NCBI GenBank assembly: GCA_013115125.1
Contig: JABANN010000135.1
Location: 1-63,658, forward strand
Reading direction: 5' to 3'
Source of the DNA: Perkinsus olseni
Taxonomy: Eukaryota
Length of the DNA: 63,658 nt
This document shows, one piece after another, positions 34,942 through 46,040 of this stretch; the first letter of the stretch is position 1; the number at the start of each line of letters is the position of its first letter. Under the pieces are notes generated by a model that saw nothing but the letters and a program-made list of their open reading frames with translations, was not told the DNA's origin and made no database searches. The translations under genes and the position numbers were made by a program.

Positions 34942-37143
34942 TTAGGCCTCATCCTCGTCGTGATGATGATGCTTCGACTTCTTCTTTTTCTTCTTCTTTT
35001 CGACGGCCTAGCAATAGACAGCATAATCCTCTACCGAAGCAAAGACAATCGTGATTACTTCTTCATCGGCCTCCTCGGCTTCCTCGACTTCCTCTACGGC
35101 ACGCTTCTTGTGGTGCTTCTTCTTCTCTGAATCGAACACCGGTTTTGGTAGCAGCTCACTTGGTGAATAATTTCATCTCACCCTTCTTCACAGGCTCTTG
35201 CTCCTCCTCAGTGGACTCCTCCTTGGGGGACTCCTTCTTCTCAGCAGGGGAACCAGTAAGCTTGGGGATCATACCCTCGTGCTTGAGCCAGGACTCAGGA
35301 GTGTTCTCGTTGGGCCTGAGCGAGGTAAATCCATGAGCTTCATCACCGAGTCCCCACACGAACCTACCTTCCCTTCTCATCCAACTTGCCGTTAAGGATG
35401 AGCTTCTTCTTCTCAGAGGCCCTCGGGCCGTAACCCCAGCGAGAATCATAAGTGTCACGCTCCATGATGACACGCTTGATGGTAGCCACGCAACCTGAAA
35501 CCACGGAATCACCAAGAGGATGGTCCAAGGGTTTATGCTCACCATGATCAACACTGGCAATGACAGCGGTGGTCATCTGAGCGATTCCGAGGGCGACGGC
35601 CTCTCCCTTGGTGGTCATCAAGACAACGTCCTTACCAACCTCGATACCGTTCTCGAATCGAAGAACCTGAGAGACGACACATCGAGAAGACCGCCTCGAT
35701 GGATGAGGGCGCTTACACCAACAACCATCAACTTAGCACCGTAGCAGACGGCGTTGACTGCAGAGTCCTTGAGAACAATACGAGGGTAGGCGACAAGAAT
35801 GCGCTCTGAAGGGAATGGGATACAGTACTGAGACTCGCAAAGAAATGACTTACCAAGAGGCATGATGGCGCGCCTGAGGTACTCCTCAGATCGGGAGCTC
35901 TCGTAGACATACCTGGCCAAAGCGACATAGTGAAGGAGATGTCGACGGGAGGGTGGGTGGCTACTGAGCATCGAGCAAATCATGCATGGTGATGAGCTGA
36001 TCTTGTTCTCCGAGGTTTCCAGACCTCACACGTCTGAGCTCCTGCATGTGAGCGCCCACGCCAAGTAGGAGACCCATATGGACACAGAGGGTACGGATAT
36101 AAGTACCTGGCGAGAAGAGTCGTGTAAGCTAACAGCGGAAGGGACAAAAGACTTACCAGCCTCACAGGAGACGTGGAAGACAGCCATATGCTTCTCCTCG
36201 TCATAGTCAAGGAGCTTAGACCAGTAGATGGTACGGATACGGAGCTGACGCTTTACGGCTGAGGGAAGAGGCATAACGACCTCTATGAGTTGCCCGAACA
36301 TCCTACCCGCGATGACTGGAGGCCTCTGGAAGAGAGCACCAGTAAGTTGATCCAAAGCACGGACGATGGCGGCCTCTCCACCGGGGTCGGCATGGAAGCG
36401 CACAACGCAGACGTACCTGGGGAATACCACCCAATGAACCCCGTGAAGAAACGATGGTCCCTCTGTATTACTCCTTTCCGGCTCCCTGCTGCGCCTTGAC
36501 GAGACGAGTAGCACGATTGAGGCAGACGAGGAGGCAGCCAGAGACCTAAAATGGAGGAGACCCTATGGCGAACAGGGCCAGAGACGGGAATCGACATTAC
36601 CTTGGGATCGAGAGTACCAGAGTGACCAGTCTTCTCGCACTTGAGGATGCGCTTTATCCAGGCAACAACCTCATGGGAGGAGGGATTAACCGGCTTATCG
36701 AGATTGCAGACACCGTAGAGCAAGTGCTGGTCGAGAGGGCTGCAACAAGAATAAATAGCTATGGACACCACCACGGCAGCCACAACGCTTATGGAAGCGT
36801 TACAAGGTGTGCGGGACACACCAAAGGCCTATTCCTCACTATAAACGCTGATAGAGAGGTCCACAGCAGACTGGCTGTGTCCATTCATTGAGGCCCCATC
36901 ACGTCACCAACGGCTATTATCCCTTTCCCCCCGTTGCCATTACCGGTTGAGCGGGGAGCAGCCGAAGGGCAGAGGAGTGTAGTGTCCGGTACGCACGTTT
37001 AGCCTGTCGTAGTTCTTCAGCAGGAGGGGCCACTTCGAAGTGTCAATCGGAGGGCTGACGCTGGAAGGCTTTATCACGCAATCCGTGGATTTCTGGGCAT
37101 CCGCAGTAGTAGCGGGGGCAGCTTCCTTCTTAGTCTTAGCCAT
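34942..37143 (-). CDS. CBF5: H/ACA RNP pseudouridine synthase CBF5/dyskerin (multi-exon)
   Basis: [66 protein letters not shown] domain [29 protein letters not shown], Lys/Glu-rich tail. Confidence 0.98.
36740..36943 (-). ncRNA. Candidate structured RNA element in CBF5 intron 1
   Basis: 204-nt intron containing five perfect 6-8 bp inverted repeats. No clear H/ACA or C/D boxes identified. Confidence 0.4.
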
Positions 37144-37350
37144 ACTACAGCACCAATAGCAGCAGCAGATACACTAAGACGACAGAGAGGAAAGAAAGGC
37201 AGATAAGCGGGCTCAGAGAATCCGATAATATAGCAACTCACACACGCTGGCTCGTTGCTCTTACTAGAGGAGAGAAGGGGGAACGCAGGCAAAATTTTGG
37301 CGGAGCGAAGCGAGTTTTGTTCTGCAATTTTAACCCTTCCGCTATCAGCA

Positions 37351-37398
37351 CTTGCGCTGCCATGCGAAAGGCCCCCGGTTCGATCCCGGCACGCGCCA
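37351..37398 (+). pseudogene. 3'-half remnant of tRNA-Gly(GCC)
   Basis: CTGCCAT anticodon loop, AGGC variable loop, GGTTCGATCCCGG T-arm and CACGCGC acceptor strand. The 5' acceptor strand and D-arm are absent, and the anticodon stem is mispaired. Confidence 0.6.
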
Positions 37399-37447
37399 AC
37401 TGGAGAACACGATACCACAATTGTGAATAGCAGTTGTTGATAAATTG

Positions 37448-40400
37448 TTAGACATGTGAACTTAGTAACTTCTTACGTAGGTCCTTGAAAGGGCCCAGTG
37501 CTTGCGGGTCCAACTGACACACAAGTGTGCAGTTGGTGCCCCTGGACAGCCTCGTTACCTCAACGATACTCAGGCTTCCCGTGTCCCCGATACACAGCTC
37601 GTGAAGCAGCATTTGGGCATCGGCCTTCGTGAAGCCGTCGAGCAGTTCCCTTCGTTCGCATTGAGAAATGAAGACGTCAGGATCCACACGGCCATGCGCA
37701 TCGGAATGAAGGGAGGTGATCCACTGAGGAGGGGTTCAGTTGGAGGATGCTGCTCCCGGAAAAGGATGCCTACAGCCTCGGCCAAGCTCCTATGCTTGGC
37801 TTGTACGCCTTGCCGGAACCGCATGATCAAATCGTAGGCCTGAGATTCACAATCGTGACTCCACCGTGGATGCTGAGCGAGGGACCTGCGGGTCAACAGA
37901 CTGGAGGGTAATGCCACCTTCAGGAAGCTCTCCAAGGTGCAGCCAGAGCTGCTTCAGTCTCCCTGAGGAACCTGGCCTGCACGACGATGCGACAGTGGCG
38001 TCTCACCTGGGAAGCCAAACGCTGTCGCCACGCCGCAAAATGAGGGGAAGCTGATCCTGGTCGTGCCGTGTTCATCGAAGCACCGTATCCACGCCTAGCA
38101 ATCCCGGTAACGCAGAGAGCCGTCCTCTTGGGCTCACTCTGAGAACACTGCCGAAGCTCCTCTCCAACGCCTGTTTGAATTGCTCCACTGGGTACAGTTC
38201 CAGGTCGTCCCCGGTCCCCTGGGGGCTCGGCAGCGTTGACAGGATCTCAACTGTCTTGGCATAGGTCTCTATTGAGGGGGCACCTGCGAGAGGGCTACGC
38301 GGTAATGAGAGGCTGCCTAAAGGTGATCTTTCCCACTCGAGGAGGTGTAGGCCGACCGTATCGCTTCCTGGAACTCCCGCCGATCCACGTCCTCCAATGT
38401 GACAAAGCCGCAGCGGTCGGGGTCGAACAGTTCAAACAGTTCCCTAATCTGCTCAAGACCACGACGCATCAGCGCCGCTCACCGATCTGCTCGCTACCTC
38501 AACGTCATTGAAGCGTGCTGGGAGCTGGGAACTGCCTCGGGAATGGAGAGCTTCGCACCAACCGCGCCACGACACTCTGCCGCCACCCTTTGGGTCAATA
38601 CATTTCCGCCACTAACAATAAATGGATAGCAAATATCTCCCAGGGTTGAGGAAAAGCCCACGCCAGCGGCCAAAGATCCGGCTGTCCGCCGAAGTGCTCC
38701 CTTGAAGTCCGCAATGAGCACAGCGGCATCGGGGTCGATATGGTCAAGTAATAGCGGCCCCGTCCCGCCTGACGCATAAGGGCATTAACAATCAGCCATC
38801 CGACGAGACCCACCTTTGAGCCTCAACCAGAGACATTTCACACCGCCTTCATACCCCATGGCACGGAAAACTCTAGCGAACTCGAGGAAGGTGATCGAAC
38901 CCCTAGACGAGGAATCCATCACCAGCGACCATGCTCGCCCCAGCGTGCCTGACGGGGTGCGCTCTTCTCCGAGCAACAGCCGGGATTGCTGCTACCATAG
39001 TCGCGACGGAGCTGCGCCAGGAACTTGATCGATCCCCTGGAGGGGGAGAATGCCTCGGGTTCCAAGGTCTCGGAGTCAAGGCGATGATGCCGGGCTAGTC
39101 GTTGGAGTAGTTTGAAGGAAACACTTCCCTGGGGAAACGGAGCTGTCAGCAGGGGGAGTTGGCAAACCCAAGTAGCTCTCACCGAGGCCTCGCCAACAGC
39201 AGCACTGCGCACCCAGCGTTCAAAGACTGACCGGTCGATGTCCTCTAATGTGACTATACCACCCCGCTCGAGATCCAAAATTGTCGCTACTTCCCTGAAT
39301 TTATCAGAATCTCAGGGAACAGAGTACAGGTGTTACTCACTTCCCATTGCTCAATTCAAGCGTCTCACGGCACCGGCTGGCGAAGTCGGCTACCGCTATC
39401 AAGCCTGTCGCTGCAGGGTCCAAGGCATCCCAACCCTCAGATAATCCACCGTACCTGAGGGTCAATGCCCGATTCACCGCTACGTGAGTGTCCCGCACGC
39501 ACTTCTCAACGAGAGCCTCGCGGAATCTCTGCAGATGGTGGCCCGCCGCCTCATCAAGCGATGAGAGAGTGATGAACCCGGTTTGCCACACATCAAGCCG
39601 TCGCCACAGCTGTTTCACACTGCGCGCGAATCCGATCTGAGAGCATCGAAACAGACAGCAGGTGAAGCATGAGCTGACGAACGTGATACCATACAAGATA
39701 ATGCGACCCACACGTGGTCCTGCAGCTCAGTGGTTAGAGCGATGGTCTTATGAGCCATAGGTCGTGGGTTCGACCCCCGCTGGGACTATGTACGAGAAGC
39801 TATCCCTTTAAACCGTACCTCTCTTGCGGTCCGACAGAACGTCATGAAGGGTATTCGCCCCTCTCCCTCAACATCGAGACTTTGTCTCCAAGCATTGGTC
39901 AAACTGCCGTGCCTGAAACGATTTCACTCAGCACTGCAGCTACCCCACTCTGGTGCATAGTGCCGGGATGTAGATTCGTACTCAGCGCTCACCTCAACAC
40001 GAGCTGCTTCTTGAAATCTTCAAGCGTGCTCGAGCTCGCGTCCGTGCAAGGGAATCTCTGGCTCGACTTACCACCGAGCAGAAGCTTTCGTGACCTGGAG
40101 AGAGATCTAGCGCCGCTGACTCAAGTATGAATGGCCGGCAGTATGAGCTGGTGTGGCGCTAGCCTGACCTTTGCGATTCCTCCACGAACTGCTCGAGTTC
40201 GACGAAAGAACCCCCTCGAAAACCTCGCAGAGACTCGTCCCAGGTTGCCTTCAAACGGTCAACCTTGGCTTGCACCACTCCCAAAGATTGCTCGTAATTG
40301 TCACGATACCTGAGTAGCCTCTTAGCCTTCTGCCAAACTTCTCCGCCTCCAAATCGCCACAGAGGTCCAGAAGCAGGCTTACCATGCTTCCCACTGTTCA

Positions 40401-41221
40401 ACTCGGTGGGATAACGCCTCCGTCTCTTGCTTGGCGGCTTCCAGCTCAGCGGCTGTGCTCTGCGTTGCTGCGAGCCTCTCAAGCTGTCAAGAGTTACATC
40501 ACATCTGAGTTCCCCTAGTGAGCAGCTCACCTCCACTCGTGCCTTCCCTTCAGCTTCCCGCACCTGCTGCAGCTCCTCTGCATGAGCCCTCGTTTCATAC
40601 TCTCGTTCCGAGCGCTCCTAGGATTGGCCCGATGAGCATAGCAAAAAAATAAACTCATTGCCGAGCGTTCTTACCTTCTCTATTTCATTGTTTGCCCTAT
40701 CTAAGTCCGCTTCGGCAGCGTCGGCTCTCTCCTGCATCACCTTCAGCTTTTCCAAAGCGGCCCTTAATGCCTTCTCTGAACACGAGGAGACAGTAAAGCG
40801 GGGTCGCAAACCGTGACAATCGGGTTAGCTACCCACCAGCCTCTGCGATGGCCGTCTCGGCCAACTGTGCCCCAGCGATAGATGATGCCAGTTCGTCCTC
40901 GCCTGTCGAAGATCCCGACTCGGTACAGGACTCGCTGCTCCCAGAATCTTCATAGACACCTAACGGGAGAGAACGAGACAAGAAGGTCGTCGATATCAGA
41001 AAATATCATCCTTGCGATGGTTGAGCGAAACGAGACATACTCCTACAGCATAGCTCACCATCGCTATCACTGTCTCCCTCGCCTCCATCATCACGGGCGC
41101 TTCGATCTGTTTGAGAGGAGAGATTCTCATCCGAGGGCTCTGAGCTGTCATAAGATTCTCCTTCGCTCTGGTTGTGAGGCAGTTCTTCTTCAGGTTTTGA
41201 AAGATTTTCAGCACCAGGCAT
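37448..41221 (-). CDS. Coiled-coil plus multi-EF-hand-like protein (multi-exon)
   Basis: Repeated units AWRQSLDVEGEGRIPFMTFC, LWRRLDVWQTGFITLSSLD, GWDALDPAATGLIAVADF, AWSLVMDSSSRGSITFLEF, IGDTGSLSIVE. Confidence 0.8.
39716..39788 (+). tRNA. tRNA-Ile(TAT), intron-less variant copy, inside an intron of the EF-hand gene, antisense
   Basis: GGTCCTGCAGCTCAGTGGTTAGAGCG ATGGT-CTTATGA-GCCAT AGGTCGTGGGTTCGACCCCCGCTGGGACTA. Confidence 0.92.
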
Positions 41222-41510
41222 TCATTCGGAAAAGTAAACTGAAAGAATCGACCATCGCTGTGAAAGAACGGTTCATCATAATTCGTGACGCAGGCGACTC
41301 ACGTTTAGGGCTGGAATATTGACGAACGCGAGGTGATGCTGGAGAAATGGTACGCTTAGTAACGAAGCAACAGCAGATGTCGCAATAATGGTAGAAGCAT
41401 CGACGGGCTCGAACAGTTCGAACAGAAGCTCGAACAGTTCGGTCCAGCTTCGATACACCGAGGCCAATTCATCGATTAGGGTGGTAGGAAATGATAGTAA
41501 GAATCGACTG

Positions 41511-42978
41511 TCAAACAGTGACGAAAATCCTCTTGTTGAAGAGCTCTCTACAGACTGCCACCCACAGGCCCAACTGCAGGAGAGTGTAAGTTAGCATGAC
41601 TGAAGGTAGAGTGTATCCTCTACTCACCACATAGAGCACGTTACCAGTGATAGGGTCGGCCCAATAGACACTTCCTAGCAAGCATGAGAATAAGCCGCTA
41701 CAATCACTCAGGCAAAAAAATAGAATAGCATTCATTCCTAGCCATTTGAAGGGGACCGATACCAACTTTTCGGCAACTCCCCTCGAAAGGATACCTAGGG
41801 CAGAAACGCATACTCCGCCGGTGAGTATGCAGTATGACGGCGTCCACAGTGCCTTATTGATCGGTATAAAAGTGCCGAGACCTGCGCCGAGGATGGCAAG
41901 AAGGAGGCCACAGAAGACAAGCTGTGTGATCTCTCGAGGCGAGGGTTGAGCCTTGACCAGCTGACCGCAGGTGAGACCGAGCGACACGGTGGCTAGGGTA
42001 GGTAGTGTACTGAGGAGCCCCTCTGGGTCCCACATGGGATTGTACATATGATGGTCGCCGAAAACTAGCCTATCGATGTAGCCAGCAGTGTTGCACTCGG
42101 GAGTTAGCGAGCCCAGAGGACACCCTTCGGGTTGCGGTCCGAGGAGCATAATTGCCCAGTGCAAAACGATACAGCCGAGGCCGACGGCGAGTACTCGACT
42201 ATGGTTTTTGATAGCGCCTGTGAGGGTGGCGTTATCCCCAACATCGAGGACAAGCTTCCCGAGGAAGACACCAGCGGCGTAGCAGACGGCTATCCGTTGG
42301 AGGATGCCGGGAGCTCGGAAGGAGTAGAGATCCAGGCCAAAGCTGAGGCTGTCTATCTGAGATATGAACGTTTACAAAAGCGGATGATTGTTGATGGCGA
42401 CGAGAAGAATAAGAGCCCCACCTGCGGTATCCACCTCCCCTGTATGAGGATTCCGAAAAGGATTAGCTTCGTGCAACGACTGATGACACGGATGATGGAT
42501 GGAGGGGATGCCAAGCTGACGCTGGCGCCAACAACCTGGGGGAGTATGAGTCGGCTCCAATTGATTTTCTGAAGGCCTTTCGCTTTCGGGGGACGAATAG
42601 TCTATTCGGCTATTCGGGTATTTGGCTATTCGATATAGCCATTCCTAATAACGCTTCGGAGTGAGACATGCGACTGAGATGGTGAAGAGAGGGGGCTGCT
42701 TACGAAGATGAATCCAGGCATAACAATGTCAGCAAGATGGAAGCCATGCCATGGAGCATGACCGATGCTAGGCACAACCTTGCCGCACACGTCGACTATC
42801 TACGAAGAGGAGAACATCGAGGTCCTCATCCGTGCCTACTAGGCCTCACCAACATCAATGACATAACTATGCCTCTCATGACGTCCACGGCGACAACACG
42901 TGCCGGTGCAGGGGCTGCGGAAGCTTGCAGAAGCCTCATGGCATTCGAGGAGGACGAATGCGCCCGAGCTTGGGCCAT
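41511..42978 (-). CDS. Heparan-alpha-glucosaminide N-acetyltransferase (HGSNAT)-family membrane acyltransferase
   Basis: VDVMRG, HAPWHGFHLADIVMPGFIF|VVGAS, RAPGILQRIA, CNTAGYIDR, DPEGLLSTL, PINKALWTPSY, LGMNAI. Confidence 0.9.
42594..42647 (-). mobile_element. Possible hAT/MITE terminus remnant in an HGSNAT-like intron
   Basis: Minus strand reads TAGGAATGGC followed by four 8-bp CGAATAGC-like tandem units; this resembles a hAT TAGGGATG end with subterminal repeats. Only one end found. Confidence 0.4.
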
Positions 42979-43250
42979 CACATTGACTAAGTCCTGGGGA
43001 GCTGTATATCAAGTTGAGTCAAGTCGCACCTCAGCGACAATAACAGCTTTCATGCCAGATATTGGATTTCCAGCATGGAAGCTGTTAGAGATCCGATATT
43101 GCTGGAATCAGCTGCTGCAGGGGAGTTGTGATCAACTCAAGGTGCTATCTCTTCTAGATAAGGAGACGACGCATTGCCTGGTGATACATTTCATTCATGT
43201 AACGCCGCTTCTGATACTGATGGGCAGGTCGTCTATCAGCTCAGCGTCAC

Positions 43251-45975
43251 CTAGAAGCACCGGCGATCAGGAATGGCGGGCAAGAGATTTCTCACCGATA
43301 TCGATGGAGTCGCCGCTGGCAAGGGAATCGGGTAGCCTAGGCGATCTCGGCAGCTCATCAGCCGGGCTGTCGATGATGGAATCCTCAACCACATGGTTGA
43401 AGTCCCGTGCTTGGGCCTCACTAAGGAGGACTGGACCATCCACCGGGGAGGCTGCCGCGGCCGCTCTGAAGCCATGATTCTGAGGTGACTCAGCTACTGG
43501 TGTTACTGCCTCTCACTTAGACAGCCAGGGTCTTGAAGCCTTGTAGGAAGGAAATGTCTTGGGAGGAGTGAGGGAGTAGTCAGGCGGTGGCCTCCGCGAC
43601 TGTTTCAATCGATCCTGACGCGACACGATGGCGAGCGGCCTGGCAATAGAATCATCGTACTCGCTTCTCCACACTTCTAGCGGCGACCCTCGTCTCAGGC
43701 CGCTGGAGCTCCTCTCGCTGCCGCGCCAGATATCTGCTGATAACACCGTTGAGCATCCGGGCGGTATGATATGCCCTCCTCGAGGTACTTGCTGATTCTT
43801 TCGTCGCGTTTCCTGAATATCTCAGCCTGGGTCTTTCTCTTCTCCTCCTCTTCCCTCTGCCTCCGCTCAGCCTCCATCTTCAACGACTTCGCAAGACGCT
43901 TTTTTGCTCGTCGTACGGGTGAGGGTAACTGCCATCAGATCCAGCATTGCCCGACACCAGAGCCGCCCGACTTCTGAGTTTTCCTCGCTGTTCCTTCTAA
44001 TCACTTTCTTTCTGACAGTTTCCCTTTCCTCGTTCGCTGCTACTTGCATCATCGCACGCCTGATGACGGTCCTGCGTCGAAAAGACGCCACCTCAAAAAA
44101 GCCACCTGCCAAGTGCCAGCCGCCTAGCCTCTTCCTTTTTTCTCTTCTCCTCTTCTCGGTGAGCCTCGAGTGCCAACTTTCCCCGAAGATCTGCGAGTCT
44201 GTCGAGTTCCTCCGAGGCAGTTGTCTTCATGGTGAGGTTCATCGGCAATGTGCTTGGCGTTGAAGACACGTCCGTCAGTGGCGGGAGATAACTGATCGAG
44301 GCTCGGTAGCGCCACTACTCCTCCCGGGTGGCCGGTCCTACTCCACTAGATTCTCTGTCCTCATCATCTCCTTTCCAGCTGAGCTCCCTCCTTGCCACTC
44401 CCATTGGTCCATTCCCCACTCTGCCGCCTCCCCAGCCTCAGTTTCTGGCTGGCATTCCCGCAACGACTCTCTCCCATCGTTGTCGTGGTTTGCTTCGAAG
44501 CCTGGGGATGTTCTGCTTTCCCCATTTTCGATATTCCTATCAGTGCCGTAGCACGAGGCACGACCAACAGGAGTCGACTGTAGATATTCACTGAGCACAT
44601 TGTCATCTTCATCGTTCTTCTGCCCCGTCGCCTCCACCTTCGAGATCTTTTCAGCTATCCGTCTGACCATATCCTCTTTCACGCATTCAGCCCTGCTCTT
44701 CCTCACTACTGGCGATGCTACTATAACCTCAGCAGGTTCAATCCTCCTCGCCTCCTCATTACCCAGGGCGCAATCAGAGAGTTGCTCAGGGATACTCTCC
44801 TTTGGGGAGTGCTCGATTACTTCAGCATCGCTAGGCTCATCGGGGTGCTCGTCACCAGGTGCTTGTTGGAAGGCGAGCTCGGACCCTCTTACGAAGCCGT
44901 TGCCGTGCTGACCCATCAGATCGAGATCTCTCAAAGACCTGACGTCTTCTCTGAACTGCTCCAGTGGAGCGTCAGCTGGAGGCCCTACTGGCTGTCCAGG
45001 AATGTAGTGGCAATCCTCCAGTTCTACGCCCCGAGCTAACTTGGCCGCCCCTAACCTCTTCAGTGCAGCACTTAACTGCATGGCCCCGACAGTATCATTC
45101 TGCACAACGTCAGGGGCCCTCTGAGTGGCACGATGTCTTTCCACCGCTTGCCTTATGGATGAGAGGCATGCGATATCCTGAGCGAACGAGGAACCTCCCT
45201 TAGATGGAAACTCGCCCCACTCAAGCCTCGCAGCCTCGCCGCCGAGGCCACTAACGATCCTATCGCCCTCCTTGACAATCTCTGCACGTTTCCTCATGAG
45301 CCCGGTGAGGTCTAGCGAAGCAGCGGCTTCGATTTGAAAGTCCAATATTCGCTTCCGGAGCGCGTCGACTCTCTGCGTTAGATCCTCGTAACTAAGCTCT
45401 TCCTGCCTGAGAGCTCTGGCGATGACCTTCCTCCACAGTTGAAACGTCCAAAAGCAGCCACCTTCCTCACAAGGGAATGCAAGGCGCAAGTATCGGCAGT
45501 CGGGGGGCTGAACAGCGAAAAGCTCTCGAGCTAGAGGGAGGGCTAGTAGGATGAGTGAGACCGGTGTCCCGGTCCTGATTGGAGGGGTTGAAGGCGGCCC
45601 AAGGTTGGCTGCTGGGGCTAGGATGATATCACAATGCCTTTGGTCAGTGTAGTTGCCGAAATCAAGGATGCAGGCATGACAGGAAGGACAGTAGCGAGAC
45701 ATCAAGTCAGCATTAGAAGTGAGGTACGGGAGCTAGCAATGACTTCGCCCTGTACTCGAATAACGATGTCATCGATCAACGCCGCGATTAACAATGAGAT
45801 TAGAAACCTCACTCGAAGGAGGTTCTCGCGACTTTTTCTTTACTATTCACATCGATGAAAGGCACCGCCAAGAATATTTTCCGCTTCGGGTGTTGAAGAT
45901 GGGCCGAGGTCTCTTGCGCCACGAAATTGAGCGCTCGCCCCGCGCATTTCGCGATCGAGTCCTCGACTACCTACT
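43251..45975 (-). CDS. Hypothetical large protein with coiled-coil segments (multi-exon, limits approximate)
   Basis: 455-aa open frame 44338..45705 plus downstream charged exons (KMEAERRQREEEEKRK). Confidence 0.6.
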
Positions 45976-46040
45976 GAAGTCGAGTTGATCCAGCCTGTGA
46001 ATCCCAGAGTATCAGAATGGATACACCAGCAGCTGGGAGT

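Noticed and set aside
41408-41441. Short direct repeat GCTCGAACAGTTCG x2
   Set aside because: A small local duplication in a spacer with no further structure.
42737-43477. 246-aa plus-strand ORF
   Set aside because: It is antisense to HGSNAT-like exons and the neighbouring minus gene, with no recognisable motif.
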